Positions 24,390 to 36,649 of a stretch of DNA of 64,000 nucleotides are shown in pieces. A program made the translations under genes and the position numbers. Location: NCBI RefSeq assembly GCF_006345805.1, contig NC_043005.1:84258001-84322000 (forward strand). Reading direction: 5' to 3'. The stretch's first letter is position 1. Each line of letters opens with the position of its first letter. The stretch comes from Octopus sinensis. Taxonomy: Eukaryota. A model generated the notes under the pieces. It was not told where the DNA came from. It ran no database searches and saw only the letters and a list, made by a program, of their open reading frames with translations.

Positions 24390-24650
24390 TGGCTCCCATG
24401 TCAGTGGCACTTAAAGCACCATTCAAGCATGGTCATTGCCAGTGCCACCTGACTGGCTCCCATGTTGGTGGCATGTAAAAAGCACCCACAGCACTCTCGG
24501 TGTGGTTGGCATTAGGAAGGGCATCCAGCTGTAGAAATCTTGCCAGATCAGATCAGAGCCTGGTGCAGCCCCCTGGCTTACCAGTCCTCAGTGAAACCGT
24601 CCAACCCATACCAGCATGGAAAGCGGACATTAAACAACGATGATGATGAT
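24390..24650 (+). mobile_element. SINE family C, 3' part
   Basis: ggaagggcatccagctgtagaa..ggacattaaacaacgatgatgatgat. Confidence 0.9.
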
Positions 24651-25439
24651 TATTATTAGTATTATCATTATTATTATTATTAGGATTATTATTATTAGGT
24701 GTAGTAGTAGTAGTAATAATAGTAGCAGCACTGACAGTGTTGTTTTTGTTGTTATGCTTGGTTGTCTATTTGGTTTTATTAGTTTGTTGCTGTTGTAGTT
24801 GTTTAGTATCTTGACATGGTTGTTGTTGTTGTCGTTGCTTTTCAGTCTTTTACGTTTGTTTGTTTTTTTTGTTTCTAAATATATTTAATGTATTTATTTA
24901 TTTATTCATTCATTTAGTCTGTCTTGTTTTTAGTTGCCACTCAGCAGCGAGAAGTTGTATTTCATTCATTTAACTAACAGCAACCAGTTGTCCATTTGGG
25001 GGTGGGGGTGGAGAGAGAGCAAGAAAAGAAGAAGAAGAAGAAGAAGAAGAAGAGGGAGAGATTTACTTAGTAAATATTACAAGAAAGAGAATGATAGAGA
25101 GAAGGGTGAGAGAGACTGACAAAGAGAAAGGTAAAAGAAGACAGAAAGAGAGTAGGTGAGAAAGAGAGAGAGAGACTGAGGGGAGGGGGAAGAGAGAGGG
25201 AGTGGAGACATTCACTCAAGTAGACATTATCAGCCAGCACTTTTGGTGGGGTGTTTTGAATTAATTATTTCGACCTCCCAGAACATTCCCTGCCTCTTTC
25301 CTTCCCACCTTTTGCTCTCTACAAGCACACATGTATGCACACAGACACTTTCTTCCCCCTGTCCTTTTCACACTCTTAATCTCACTCACACAGTCAGTGT
25401 GCATACACACATACATATATAATGTGTGAGTGTAGACGT

Positions 25440-25454
25440 ATGTGTGTGTGTGTG

Positions 25455-25500
<46 letters not shown>

Positions 25501-25745
25501 CATATTCATGTGTTTATATTTGATTGTATGTGTATATATGTGTGTGTGTGTGTGTGTATTTATATATATAAACACATATGCAAATATATGTGTATATATA
25601 TATATATATGTGTGTGTGTATGCATATATGTGTACATGTGTGTGTATATATATGTGGGTGTGTGTGGGTGTCAGTGCATATGCACATACATACACACACA
25701 CACACACATATATATATACACACACATATACACACATATTTACAT
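25440..25745. repeat. Compound (TG)/(TA)/(CA) microsatellite
   Basis: Direct reading. Confidence 0.95.
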
Positions 25746-25959
25746 ATATGTAGATGCAAGACATTTAGTCAAGCAATTTGGGTCAAGATGGAAAAGAATG
25801 GTGCAATCAAAACAGAATTTGAAGCGCATTGTGAGCAGTGGTGTATAACAGCATCTGAGGGTCTGGTTGATACTTTGATATATGAATATATACAAAAACT
25901 CGTGCATACATATACACACACAAATATATATATACATACACACATACATCATTATCATC

Positions 25960-26310
25960 ACTATCATTATGTGTGCTTTTCCATGCTTGCATGGAGACGG
26001 GAGTGTTAAGGCAGAATTTTTTTATGGGTGGATGCTTTTCCTGTCAACAACCTTCACCTGTTTCCAGGCAAGATAATGATCCTCTCAGTCTACCAAACAA
26101 CTAACAGTCCAGGCATGTTTCCATGGTGAACTTTATGCTGAAGCAAGCAACACCATTTCTATCAGTGGTGAGGCTCTTCTCTACAATCAGTGTCCAACAC
26201 GTCAAAAAATCTGGGCATGTTTACTCAGGGGACAGCAAACAAACAACACCGTTTGTATGAATGAAGATACATTGTTTACAATCAGTGCTCACATGTCAAG
26301 ACAAAAGAAA
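25960..26310 (-). mobile_element. SINE family G (C-like tail, distinct body)
   Basis: ccatgcttgcatgg..ccttcacctgtttccaggcaag..gtcaagacaa; matches 42565-42815 (+) and 46880-47050 (-). Confidence 0.7.
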
Positions 26311-26355
26311 TACACACTCAGTCTCTCTCTCTCACTCATACACACATATAAATAC

Positions 26356-26392
<37 letters not shown>

Positions 26393-26400
26393 GTGTGTGT

Positions 26401-27039
26401 GAGTGTGTATGTGTGCAATAGGCTTCTTGCAGAGTGTGAGGTGGAGATAGAGGAAAAGAGGAATAAAAGTGCAAAGGAGAGGTGGAGGAATGGAATGAGA
26501 GGCTAGGAAAGAGGCTGGAGAGCAGAATGGGAGAGCAACGGGGAAGTTTATTTTCTTTTTAAACCATGTGTGATCATGTACATCATCATCATTATCATTG
26601 TTTAACGTCTGCTTTCCATGCTGGCATGGGTTGGACGTTTCATTTAGGTCTGGAGAGTCAGCAGTTGCACCAGGCTCCAATCTGATCTGGCAAGGTTTCT
26701 ACTGCTGGATGCCCTTCCTAATGCCATCCACTCCAAGAGTGTAGTGGGTGCTTTTTATGTGCCAGCAGTACAGGAGCCAGTCAGGTGGGCCTGGCATCAT
26801 TCACATTCGGATGGTGCTTTTTACATGCCACCAGCAAGGGGGTCAGTCAGGGGGTACTGGCATCAGCCATGTTCAGTTGGCACTTTTTACGTGCCACTGG
26901 TATGGGGCCAGTTAGGGGGCCCCTGGCCACAGCTACAATATTGGTTTTACTTCACTCAACTGGTCTTCTCAAGTATATCATATTGCACAACAAATCAGGG
27001 GTGAATACATATGAGTATGCATATACAAATGTTGGAATA

Positions 27040-27081
<42 letters not shown>

Positions 27082-27740
27082 TGTGTATGTGTGCAATAGG
27101 CTTCTTGCAGAGTGTGAGGTGGAGATAGAGGAAAAGAGGAATAAAAGTGCAAAGGAGAGGTGGAGGAATGGAATGAGAGGCTAGGAAAGAGGCTGGAGAG
27201 CAGAATGGGAGAGCAACGGGGAAGTTTATTTTCTTTTTAAACCATGTGTGATCATGTACATCATCATCATTATCATTGTTTAACGTCTGCTTTCCATGCT
27301 GGCATGGGTTGGACGGTTTCATTTAGGTCTGGAGAGTCAGCAGTTGCACCAGGCTCCAATCTGATCTGGCAAGGTTTCTACTGCTGGATGCCCTTCCTAA
27401 TGCCAACCACTCCAAGAGTGTAGTGGGTGCTTTTTATGTGCCAGCAGTACAGGAGCCAGTCAGGTGGGCCTGGCATCATTCACATTCGGATGGTGCTTTT
27501 TACATGCCACCAGCAAGGGGGTCAGTCAGGGGGTACTGGCATCAGCCATGTTCAGTTGGCACTTTTTACGTGCCACTGGTATGGGGCCAGTTAGGGGGCC
27601 CCTGGCCACAGCTACAATATTGGTTTTACTTCACTCAACTGGTCTTCTCAAGTATATCATATTGCACAACAAATCAGGGGTGAATACATATGAGTATGCA
27701 TATACAAATGTTGGAATATGTGAGTGTGTGTGTGTGTGTG
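26401..27740. repeat. Near-identical tandem duplication, unit 678-679 bp, each unit containing a C SINE
   Basis: ORFs 26744.. and 27423.. give identical translations; by eye about 2 differences; junctions lie in (TG)n. Confidence 0.95.
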
Positions 27741-27754
27741 CATGGAAATATCAA

Positions 27755-27960
27755 ATTTCTAATGTTGGCATAAGGCCAGTAATTTTGGGAGTGGTAGTAA
27801 GTTGATTACATTAACCCCAGTGTTTAAATGGTACTTATTTAATCAACTCTGAAAAGATGAGAGGTAAAGTCAACCTCAGCAGAATTTGAACTCAGAAAAT
27901 GAAGATAGGTGAAATGCTGTTATGCATTTTGCATGGTGTGCTAACCATTCTGCCAGCTTA
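27755..27960 (-). mobile_element. SINE family B (tail type 2)
   Basis: ggcataaggccag..aaagtcaacctcagcagaatttgaactcag. Confidence 0.82.
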
Positions 27961-27999
27961 CATTGGCCCTAGTACTTGACTGGCAATTTATTTTATGGT

Positions 28000-28560
28000 T
28001 CCCATCGTCGTCGTCGTAATCGTTTAACTTCCACTTTCCATGCTGGCATGGGTTGAACGATTTGACTGAGGGCTGGCAAGCCAGAAGGTTGCACCAAGTT
28101 CCAATCTGTTCTGGCAATGTTTCTACAGCTGGATGCCCTTTCTAACGCCAAGTACTCTGAGAGTGTAGTGGGTACTTTTCACATACCACTGGCATGAGGG
28201 CCAGTCAGGTGCTACTGGCATCTGCCATGCTTGGATGGTGCTTTTTATGTGCCACTGGCACAGGAGTCACTCAGGTGACACTGACATCGACCAAGCTCGA
28301 ATGGTGCTTTTTACATGCCACTGGCATGGGTGCCAATCAAGCAGTACTGTCATCGGTCAACGACAATGACTTCACATGCCTCAACAAGTCTTCACAAGCA
28401 CAGTTTATTGCCCAATGATTGAAGGGTACTCTTAAACGGGCCGGTTATGCTGCACTGGCATAGGCCATGGTTACAGTCTCACTTTGCTTGCCGGGTCTTC
28501 TCAAGCACAGCATATCTCCAAAGGTCTCGATCACTTGTCATCACCTCGGTGAGGCCCAAG
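28000..28560 (-). mobile_element. SINE family C, long copy including the 5' region
   Basis: Tail, internal units, then the gggtcttctcaagcacagcatatctccaaaggtctcg 5' block (mirror of 47783-48195). Confidence 0.88.
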
Positions 28561-30583
28561 TGGGAAGATCCCACCAAAAGTGTTGAGGTAAGTGTCAAAG
28601 GTTACTTTTATATTCTAGACAAACGTTGGATACATAATTTAATGTGTTCCCATGACGTACTTCGTGAGACTCCAAAACACCCTCTCAACAACTCCTACTG
28701 ACCTCTTGTCACTACTCTTTATAAGAGTTTAGCTAGTCCATTCTTCCAATACCCCAGGGGTGTCAATGGCTTGCTTCCCACTCAAAAAGAATGAAAAAGA
28801 CTTCAGCAATATTTGAACTCAGATGGTAAAGTGCCAGAAGAAATGCTGCTAATTTCCTCTAAAATGCTAACCATTCCTGCCAGCTCAACACCTTTGGGGA
28901 GGGTTCAAGAATTAGATAAAAAGAAACAATAAAGGTGGGATGACAGTTTCTTGCAATCAGTTCTTTTTAATCAGTTGGGTTACAACTGTCAGGTATAAGG
29001 TTAGGGAGAAAGGAGTATAAAAGGGAGATGACTGTTATTAAGACTGGAGTGGGAGAGATAGATGGGGAGAGATAGATGGGGGCAGCACTCATTAGTGTTC
29101 TGCAGCTGGAATGGTTAAATCATAAAGTGAAGTGACTGGAATTGTCTTATCGCAACGACCATCCACCATCACTACACTATCACATACCACCACCACCACC
29201 ACCACCACCACCATTGTTGCCACCTCCAATACTGCATCTGCTCTTCTCAAAGATGTTGATAGCGATGGGTGGGTGGATGGGTGGCCAGATAGGTGGAAAT
29301 AGAGAAGACCCATTATGCAAACTGTTAATCTCTAATAGAAGACATCTGGTAATCTTCCTTCCTGCTCTTCCTTGCTGTTTATTTATTAGTGTTGACGGAG
29401 CCTTATTTTCTTACAACAATATCTACTTCCATCTCTTCCTCCCACCTTTCTCACACCTACATCTCCAACATCCCCACTTACCCATACACCATTATCTACC
29501 TCTCCATCTACTTACCCACCTACCCACACACTTATCTACTCTCACACCTATCTACCTACCCATCTATCAATTCACCCTCTTACCTACCTACCTATCTATC
29601 TTCACTGCCCCCACCTGACAGAACGCCCTCCTCCAAACGTTCATTCAGAAATCTACCAACCAATGTACAAGGTGAGGCATAAAAACCTCCCATATTTTAT
29701 ACAGCCATTGCTGTGATACTAGCAAAGTTATACAAATGCTAAAAATGTCTTCAGGTAGCTAAGGATTTACCGTTTACATGGCATTTTTCATTATGGTTTC
29801 AATCTGTGCACATTTTGTGTTTGTTGTCGAAAAGTTGGTCAACCTGTAAAATGTGGCTGGTTTTTCCTTGCTTCCCCCTGTACCTACTCTTGAGCCAACA
29901 ACGGTGTCTCTCTGTAGCTACTCAAATTGCTAAATGCAGCAGCTAAATAGCCCTCAAATAACACACCCTGCAATCTTTAAGGAAAAAAGAAAAGTTGCCT
30001 TGGATAACATAATCTGAGGTGAAGTATACAAAATGCTCAAAAGATAAGATAAGATTTTTTTGCTTGTTTCAGTCACCTATGAGGCTGACAGAGAATCCAT
30101 CTGTCTAAGTGATAAAATAATTTCCCAGTAAACTAGAGATCTAGGTTCCAATTCCGGTCAGTACATCAGTTAAATTCTTCTTTTTAAATCTCAAAATGTA
30201 CCTCACAAATGGATCCCTTTGAATATTATTTACACCCGATTTCAGTTTGCATCCACAAAATATCACCAAGTATGTTAAAGGTTTATAAGCCTTTGATCTA
30301 CCTTTTGTGTTAGCAGTGAAATTTAATCATTTTAAAGTTTATCTCTACAGATTTGCCATCAAATTGCTAAAAGCAGCAGCCAAATTTAGAGCCAGCACTG
30401 AAAGTTGCTATGTTTTACATATAAATATGTTTATGCAAAAAATGTGGTCAAAGATAGGAAAATAGGGAATGGATGTTGCCAGGAATGTGTTTAATATGAA
30501 AAACTAGTCTCTCCAATAGTGTTACACTGTTACATGTAGTGGCTGTTTAAGCAATGTATTTGTGGATGGTTAATGGGCTGAAT

Positions 30584-30627
30584 GTAATACTGAAGAAAGA
30601 GTAAAAACTCCTGAAATATGTATATAC
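30584..30627 (+). other. Degenerate hammerhead motif
   Basis: ata-CTGAAGA-a-AGAGT-aaaa-ACTCct-GAAAt-ATGT-A|tat; restoring one C gives GAAACATGTA with palindromic stem III. Confidence 0.4.
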
Positions 30628-30711
30628 ACTCATTAGCTATTTTTCATCTTCAATCACAAAGTTTACATAGACATATTTATATAAAATAACATCATAACTT
30701 TTAATATCTCT

Positions 30712-30770
30712 CTTTTACTCTTTTACTTGTTTCAGTCATTTGACTGCAGCCATGTTGGAGCACCACCTTT
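30712..30770 (-). mobile_element. SINE family A, 3' end
   Basis: cttttactcttttacttgtttcagtcatttgactgc. Confidence 0.85.
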
Positions 30771-30780
30771 AACATATAAC

Positions 30781-30932
30781 GTGGTGAAAGAGTCAACAGA
30801 AGTTCGCCATTACCTTCTACCAGAGCCGCGTGGAGCTTAAGTGTTTCCCTCATAAACTCATACATCGCCCGGTCTGAGATTCAAACCCACGATCCCTCGA
30901 CTGTGAGTCTGCTGCTCTAATCACTAGGCCAT
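30781..30932 (-). mobile_element. SINE family D, 5' part
   Basis: Reverse complement atggcctagtgattagagcagc..agaccgggcg..aagctccacg matches 38801-39184. Confidence 0.8.
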
Positions 30933-31574
30933 CTGTAGAGATAATGTTGAATATTGTTTATACAAGGTGCAACAAAAAAAAAAAAAGCCTTAAGCTTCAC
31001 TGTTCTTGATAAATCTTTCAACAACATAAGCACAATATGCAGTGGGTCAAACCAACCTAATAACCACACAGAAAATGGTAAAACATTAGCTATCAGAAGA
31101 CATTATTTCCATCTGCTTAATCTCACTAGTTCCACAACAATGCTTGTATAAAATATGGGAGAATTTTTCTGCCACACCCTGTATTTATAAAACACATTAG
31201 CTACCAAATTATTTCTATTCATTCTTGTTATTTTTCAAGGGATTATCCTAATGGCTACACCAAATCCATCCATCAAAACAGATTGTCTCAGTATGTTAGA
31301 CATCACTAGAAGACCACCATTATATACAAACAGATAACATTAAATATTATCCATATTAAAATCTTAGCTGCCGGTTAATATAATGTTTCCGTACTAATTC
31401 GCTTGTTTACATGAAATCAAGATGGCCTATCTGGTTATGTTAGACATTAATTGAAGAAGCTTAACTCTGTGGAGCTAAGCTGCGGAGCAAATATTAATGG
31501 AATCAGTGAAACTAATGTCAAGATGACAGCTCAATGTTGCAAACAGATATTTGTACTTTAAAAAAGTGAAGAGG

Positions 31575-31680
31575 TGTAGGTGTAGCTGGGTGGTTAAGAA
31601 GCTTGCTTCCCAACCACATGGTTCCAGGTTCAGTCCCACTGTGTGGAACCTTGGGCAAGAGTCTTCTATTATAGCCCTAT
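31575..31680 (+). mobile_element. SINE family A, 5' fragment
   Basis: gcttgcttcccaaccacatggttccaggttcagtcccactg. Confidence 0.85.
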
Positions 31681-31929
31681 CAGCAATTTAAATGGCTACA
31701 TTTAAGCCATTGAAAGACTTAACTTTTGTTCAAAAAGAAATCTCAGAAAGAATCTTTTGAGATGTGGCACAAACAGATCCAAAGACCCTTTTTTCAGTGA
31801 GGTGGCAGGGACACTAATAATATAATAATAGATTACACTGGTTAAATGATTGTATAGAATATCTATTACTGATTTGTTGTATATATATATATATATATAT
31901 AAATATATATATATATCTGTGTGTGTGTG

Positions 31930-32410
31930 TTATCATCATCATCATATAACATCTGTTTTCCATGCTAGCATAGGTTGGACAGTCTGACTGAGGTCTGGAG
32001 AGCCAGTGGCTGCACTAGGCTCCAATCTGATCTGGCAATGTTTCTACAGCTGGTTGCCCTTCCTAACGTCAACCATTCTGAGAGTGTAGTGGGTGCTTTT
32101 TACATGCCACCAGCACAGGAGCCAGTCAGGTGGGCCTGGCATCGATTACATTTGGATAGTGCTTTTTACATGCCACTGGCACAGGGGCCAGTCTGGGAGT
32201 ACTGGCATCAGCTGAGTTCGGATGGTGCTTTTTATGTGCCACCAGCACAGGAGCCAGTCAGGGGATACTGGCATCGGACATGTTCAGATGGTGCTTTTTA
32301 TGTGTCACCGGCACGGGATCCAGTCAGGGGGTACTGGCATTGGCCACATTTGGATGGTACTTTTTACATGCCACTGGCATGGGAGCCTGTCAGGCACGGG
32401 AGGCAGTCAG
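31930..32410 (-). mobile_element. SINE family C with five 66-bp internal units
   Basis: Translation of 31975-32475 shows a 22-aa period (GAFYxPxAxxPVxxxWH), i.e. a 66-bp unit. Confidence 0.92.
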
Positions 32411-32554
32411 GGACAGGAGCCAGTTATCTATGTATGTATCCAAAGATCCAATTTTCAGTGTATGAATATCTATAGTTAATTTTCTGTATATAAGTATCCG
32501 AAGACCTAGTTTTCAGTGTTTCACTATCTATTGTTGATTTGTTCTCTATATAAC

Positions 32555-33190
32555 ATAGAAATGGCTGTGTGGTTAAAAAGATTGCTTTGTAATCACATGG
32601 TGTCAGTTTCAGTCCTACTGCACAGCACCTTGAGCAAGTGTCTTTTCTTATAGCCCTGGGCCAACCAATGCTACATAAGTGAATTTGGTAGATGGAAACT
32701 GTGTAGAATACCATTCTGTATGTGTGTGTGTGTATGTCTTTGTATTTGTCCTCTCTCTCGCACTTGAAAACCCCCATAACTTAGCAGTTCAGCAAAAGAA
32801 ATTGATAGGATAAGTGCCAAACTTTGAAAATCAGTCTTGGATCCATTTTAAGACTAAACTCTTGAAGATGGCACTTCTACTTGCAGCAGCATTCACCTGG
32901 GATGGATCGAGCCAGTTCTGACCAAGAAGTTCATCGCATCTCTCATGAATACTGACCACATTCAAAGGTCAGCCATTATGTTCTAGCAGGCAAAATAATG
33001 CTTCTGCCTGCAGCCCCAAATATCCAGACTGCAAATTTGACAAATGCCCCACTGGGGGAGCAGGAGCATCCTTCGACACAGATGCCATTGCAGTAGTTGC
33101 CATTTGTTGTTGAGGTGTAGGCTTCATGCTTGAACTCTTTAAAGTGGTGCCCCAGCATGGCCACAGTCTAATGATGGAAACACTTAAAAG
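32555..33190 (+). mobile_element. SINE family A carrying a ~250-bp GC-richer insertion near its tail
   Basis: A sequence to about 32880 resumes at about 33130; the aactct(t/g)..tgg motif flanks both sides. Confidence 0.7.
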
Positions 33191-33421
33191 TTTAAGTATA
33201 AGTATCCAAAGCCCCAGTTTTCAGCGTTTCAATATTGTTGATATGATGATGTGTGTAGGGTGGGAGATAAAACTGGACCTTTTCAGCTTTTCATTATGTT
33301 GTCTCCAGTTCTATGGAACCAGATCAGTAAATTTGGTAGAATTCCAAATCAGATTCTTCGTTGACATCAAAAAAGTAGATAATGTTTATACACCCACATA
33401 CATGTATGCATGCGCATATAT

Positions 33422-33460
<39 letters not shown>

Positions 33461-33468
<8 letters not shown>

Positions 33469-33894
33469 GAGTGTGTGTGTATATATTTGTGTATATATAT
33501 ATATATATATACACACACGTGTGCACATATGTATATATTTATGTGTATACATACACATACATGTATACATACACACACACACACACACATATATATTTAT
33601 ATACATATATATATATATATTATATATATATATATAAACATACATACAGTTGCACACACAGATGCATATACACACACATATACACACACATATACACACA
33701 CATATATACACACATTATATACAAACACACACACATATATATATATATATTATATATGTATATATGAGTGTGTGTGTATATATTTGTGTATATATATATA
33801 TATATATACACACACGTGTGCACATATGTATATATTTATGTGTATACATACACATACATGTATACATACACACACACACACACACATATATATT

Positions 33895-33935
<41 letters not shown>

Positions 33936-34007
33936 ATACATACAGTTGCACACACAGATGCATATACACACACATATACACACACATATATACACACATT
34001 ATATACA

Positions 34008-34045
<38 letters not shown>
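33461..34045. repeat. Tandem duplication (~297-bp unit) of a compound microsatellite
   Basis: Anchors gtatatatgagtgtg (33461/33758) and taaacatacatacagttgcac (33635/33931). Confidence 0.9.
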
Positions 34046-34048
<3 letters not shown>

Positions 34049-34871
34049 CACACATGCACATACACACACATGCACATACACACACATGCACATACACACA
34101 TGCACATACATACATGTAAGTGTGTGTGTGCGTGCATGTGAAAACTGTCATGGGTGCCATTAATATTAGCATCGACTTTGTGGCACTGAGCATATTTAAA
34201 AGAATGAAAGAAAGAAAGAAAGAAAGAATGAATAGAACAAAGAAAGACAGAAAGAAAGAACGGCAGTAAAAAAACACAAAAGAATCACCAACATAGACTT
34301 GAACATGATGGCGTTGTCGCTTGTATTTTTTTTTACATTTTTCTGTTGCATTAACGATGATAAACATTTGAACACCGTTGCCATTTAGGCCGGCATTCTG
34401 CCAAATGGTTAGCACATTATGGAAATTACACACCAACTAAACATTATTCCTTCATAAAAGCATTTCTACCAATTCTAGGTATTGCTGTTCTTATTCTTTT
34501 TATTTTCTATCGTTTTTTTTAAATTTTAAAATTCTTTTTCTTTTTCTTGTTCTTCTTCTCTTCTGCCCTTAATATATCAGATTGCCTATGAAGTAATTAA
34601 CACACTTAATAATGTGATAGATTAATCAATAATTACATTGATTTTTTTTTTTTTTGTTTTAATTGTTTTTATCTCTCGCTTTTTAAGGCACATGGCTAAT
34701 TCTTTATCATTGGAGATTTTTCTTGAACAAAAGGATATTGGTCACACTTTTATAAATCCTTGACATCATAAAAATCACAGTAAGGTGTGATTTGAGTGAG
34801 ATTTCATCACTATTTCTTCAAGCAGGTCACAGGGAAATCACATTTGTGATGTTATTGTTTAAATCTGGATT

Positions 34872-35499
34872 AACCCTTTAAGCATTCAGATTATTTTGTC
34901 AAACTGGCACTTATGCCTGTGCTAGTAGGGTGCCAAGAACACCATCCGAGCGTGATCGTTGTGATCGTTGTCAGAGCAGCCAACTGGCTTCCTTACCCAT
35001 GGCACGTAAAAAAGGGCACCATTCAAGCGTGATCGTTACCAATGTTGCTTCACTGGCACCTGTGTCGGTGGCACATGTAAAAAGATTTGAGCGAGGTCAT
35101 TGCCAGTACCGCCTGACTGGCCCCATGCAGGTGGCACGTAAAAAGCACCCACTACACTCTCGGAGTGGTTGGCGTTAGGATGGGCATCCAGCTGTAGAAA
35201 CTCTGTCAGATCAAGACTGGAGCAGCCATCTGGTTGCCAGCCCTCAGTCAAAACTGTCCAACCCATGCTAGCATGGAAAACGGACGTTAAACGATGATGA
35301 TGATGATGTAATGCATATTTATTCACATTGTTTTGAATTAATCATGCTTTATCTCATTGCTTTGAGATTTCAATGATGTGCTGGTTTAGTTTTAGAATGA
35401 CATTGTAAGGTAAGTGTAAGAGGCGGAATATGGCTGGTTTGAAAATGAAAGCTATAGAATATTTGGGCTGGATGTGGTCAATTGAAATACTAAAGGTTT
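34872..35499. mobile_element. Second piggyBac-type MITE family, split by a C SINE
   Basis: ttaacccttt(a)agcattcagatt.. left end; ..tactaaaggttta right end. Confidence 0.65.
34905..35310 (+). mobile_element. SINE family C
   Basis: ..ggaaaacggacgttaaacgatgatgatgatgat. Confidence 0.92.
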
Positions 35500-35719
35500 A
35501 CAGTTGTGGATTGACAGAATCATGAGAATATCAGACAAATATGATTTGAATATTTGTTCTTTTTTCTAATTGGTATATCCATGTATCCACAGCAAGATAC
35601 ATAGATATCTTTGTCCCGCTACACTTTTAATCTCTCAACTGACACCAAGCAATCTCACCTTCAATACTACTCCCCTTTCTTTAGTTGAGGGCTTTTTGTC
35701 TTGGAAGATATTTGGTGAC

Positions 35720-35920
35720 CCTGTCAGTGTTGGTGCCACATGAAAAGCACTGGTGCTGGTGCTGCCTGAAAGCGCCTAGTAAACTCTGTAAAAGTGGGAG
35801 GGCATCCAGCCATAGAAGACATGCTAAAATGTATAACGGAGCCTGGTGCAACCCTGGCCTTACCAGCGCCTGTCAACTCATTCCAACATGGAAAACAGAT
35901 GTTAAATGATGGTAATGATG
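35720..35920 (+). mobile_element. SINE family C, diverged 3' part
   Basis: gggcatccagccatagaa..catggaaaacagatgttaaatgatgg. Confidence 0.75.
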
Positions 35921-36239
35921 ATTGCTTTGAATTAATCATGTATTGTCTTGTAGCTCTGGAATTGCAATGTTGAGATTGTTTACTTTTAGAATGACATTGT
36001 AGGATAGGCATGAGAGGCAGGATCTGGTTGGTTCGAATATAAAAACAGATGGAATATTTTGGTCAGATATGGTCATTCTGGATGTGAAAGGTTTACTGTT
36101 GTGGATTGAGAAAATCATTAGAACATCAGACAAAAGTGCTTTGCAGTATTTTGTCTTAGCGCTTCACATTCTGAGTTCAAATCCTGTGAAAGTCAACTTT
36201 ACTTTCAAATTTCCAGGGTCAATAAAATAAAATACAAAT

Positions 36240-36475
36240 ACTGGTGCCACATAAAAAGCACCCAGCACACTCTCTAAAGTGGTTGGCATTTGGAAGGGCG
36301 TCAAGCTGTATAAACCATGCCAGAACAGACGATTGGAACCTGGTATAGCTCTCTGGTTTGTCAGCTCTTGTTGAACTGTCCAGCCTATACCAGCATGGAA
36401 AATGGAGGTTAAAGGATGATGACAATGGTAAAGATGATGATAGTGATGATGATAATGATGGTGATGAAGATGACA
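36240..36475 (+). mobile_element. SINE family C-related, 3' part
   Basis: aaaaagcacccagcacactctctaaagtggttggc..(GAT)n. Confidence 0.8.
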
Positions 36476-36649
36476 CTATTTTTGCTTCAATTAAGTTTGA
36501 AAATAAAGAAAAATTTATTTAAATAACTTTGTCATTGTTACTAAGCAGGCCTATGTTCAAAGGCATTCCAACCATGACTGTCCAGTCATTTTTAATTTAA
36601 TCTCATTAAATTCCAGGCTATACTATCCAATGATGTTAGGGTGTGATCT

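Larger units (their letters stand above)
29668..31181. mobile_element. Tc1/mariner-type non-autonomous element (or two facing ends) with ~115-bp TIRs
   Basis: TA at 29666-67 and 31182-83; caaggtgaggcataaaaacctcccatattttatac.. matches the reverse complement of ..gtataaaatatgggagaatttttctgccacaccctg over about 115 bp. Confidence 0.7.

Noticed and set aside
32085-32400. Regularly spaced repeats resembling a CRISPR array
   Set aside because: The whole 66-bp unit is repeated, with no unique spacers; it is inside a eukaryotic SINE; no cas genes.
7375-32479. ORFs with repeated GAFYVP motifs (e.g. 7375, 26744, 27423, 31975)
   Set aside because: They lie inside SINE C tandem units; there is no evidence of a gene.
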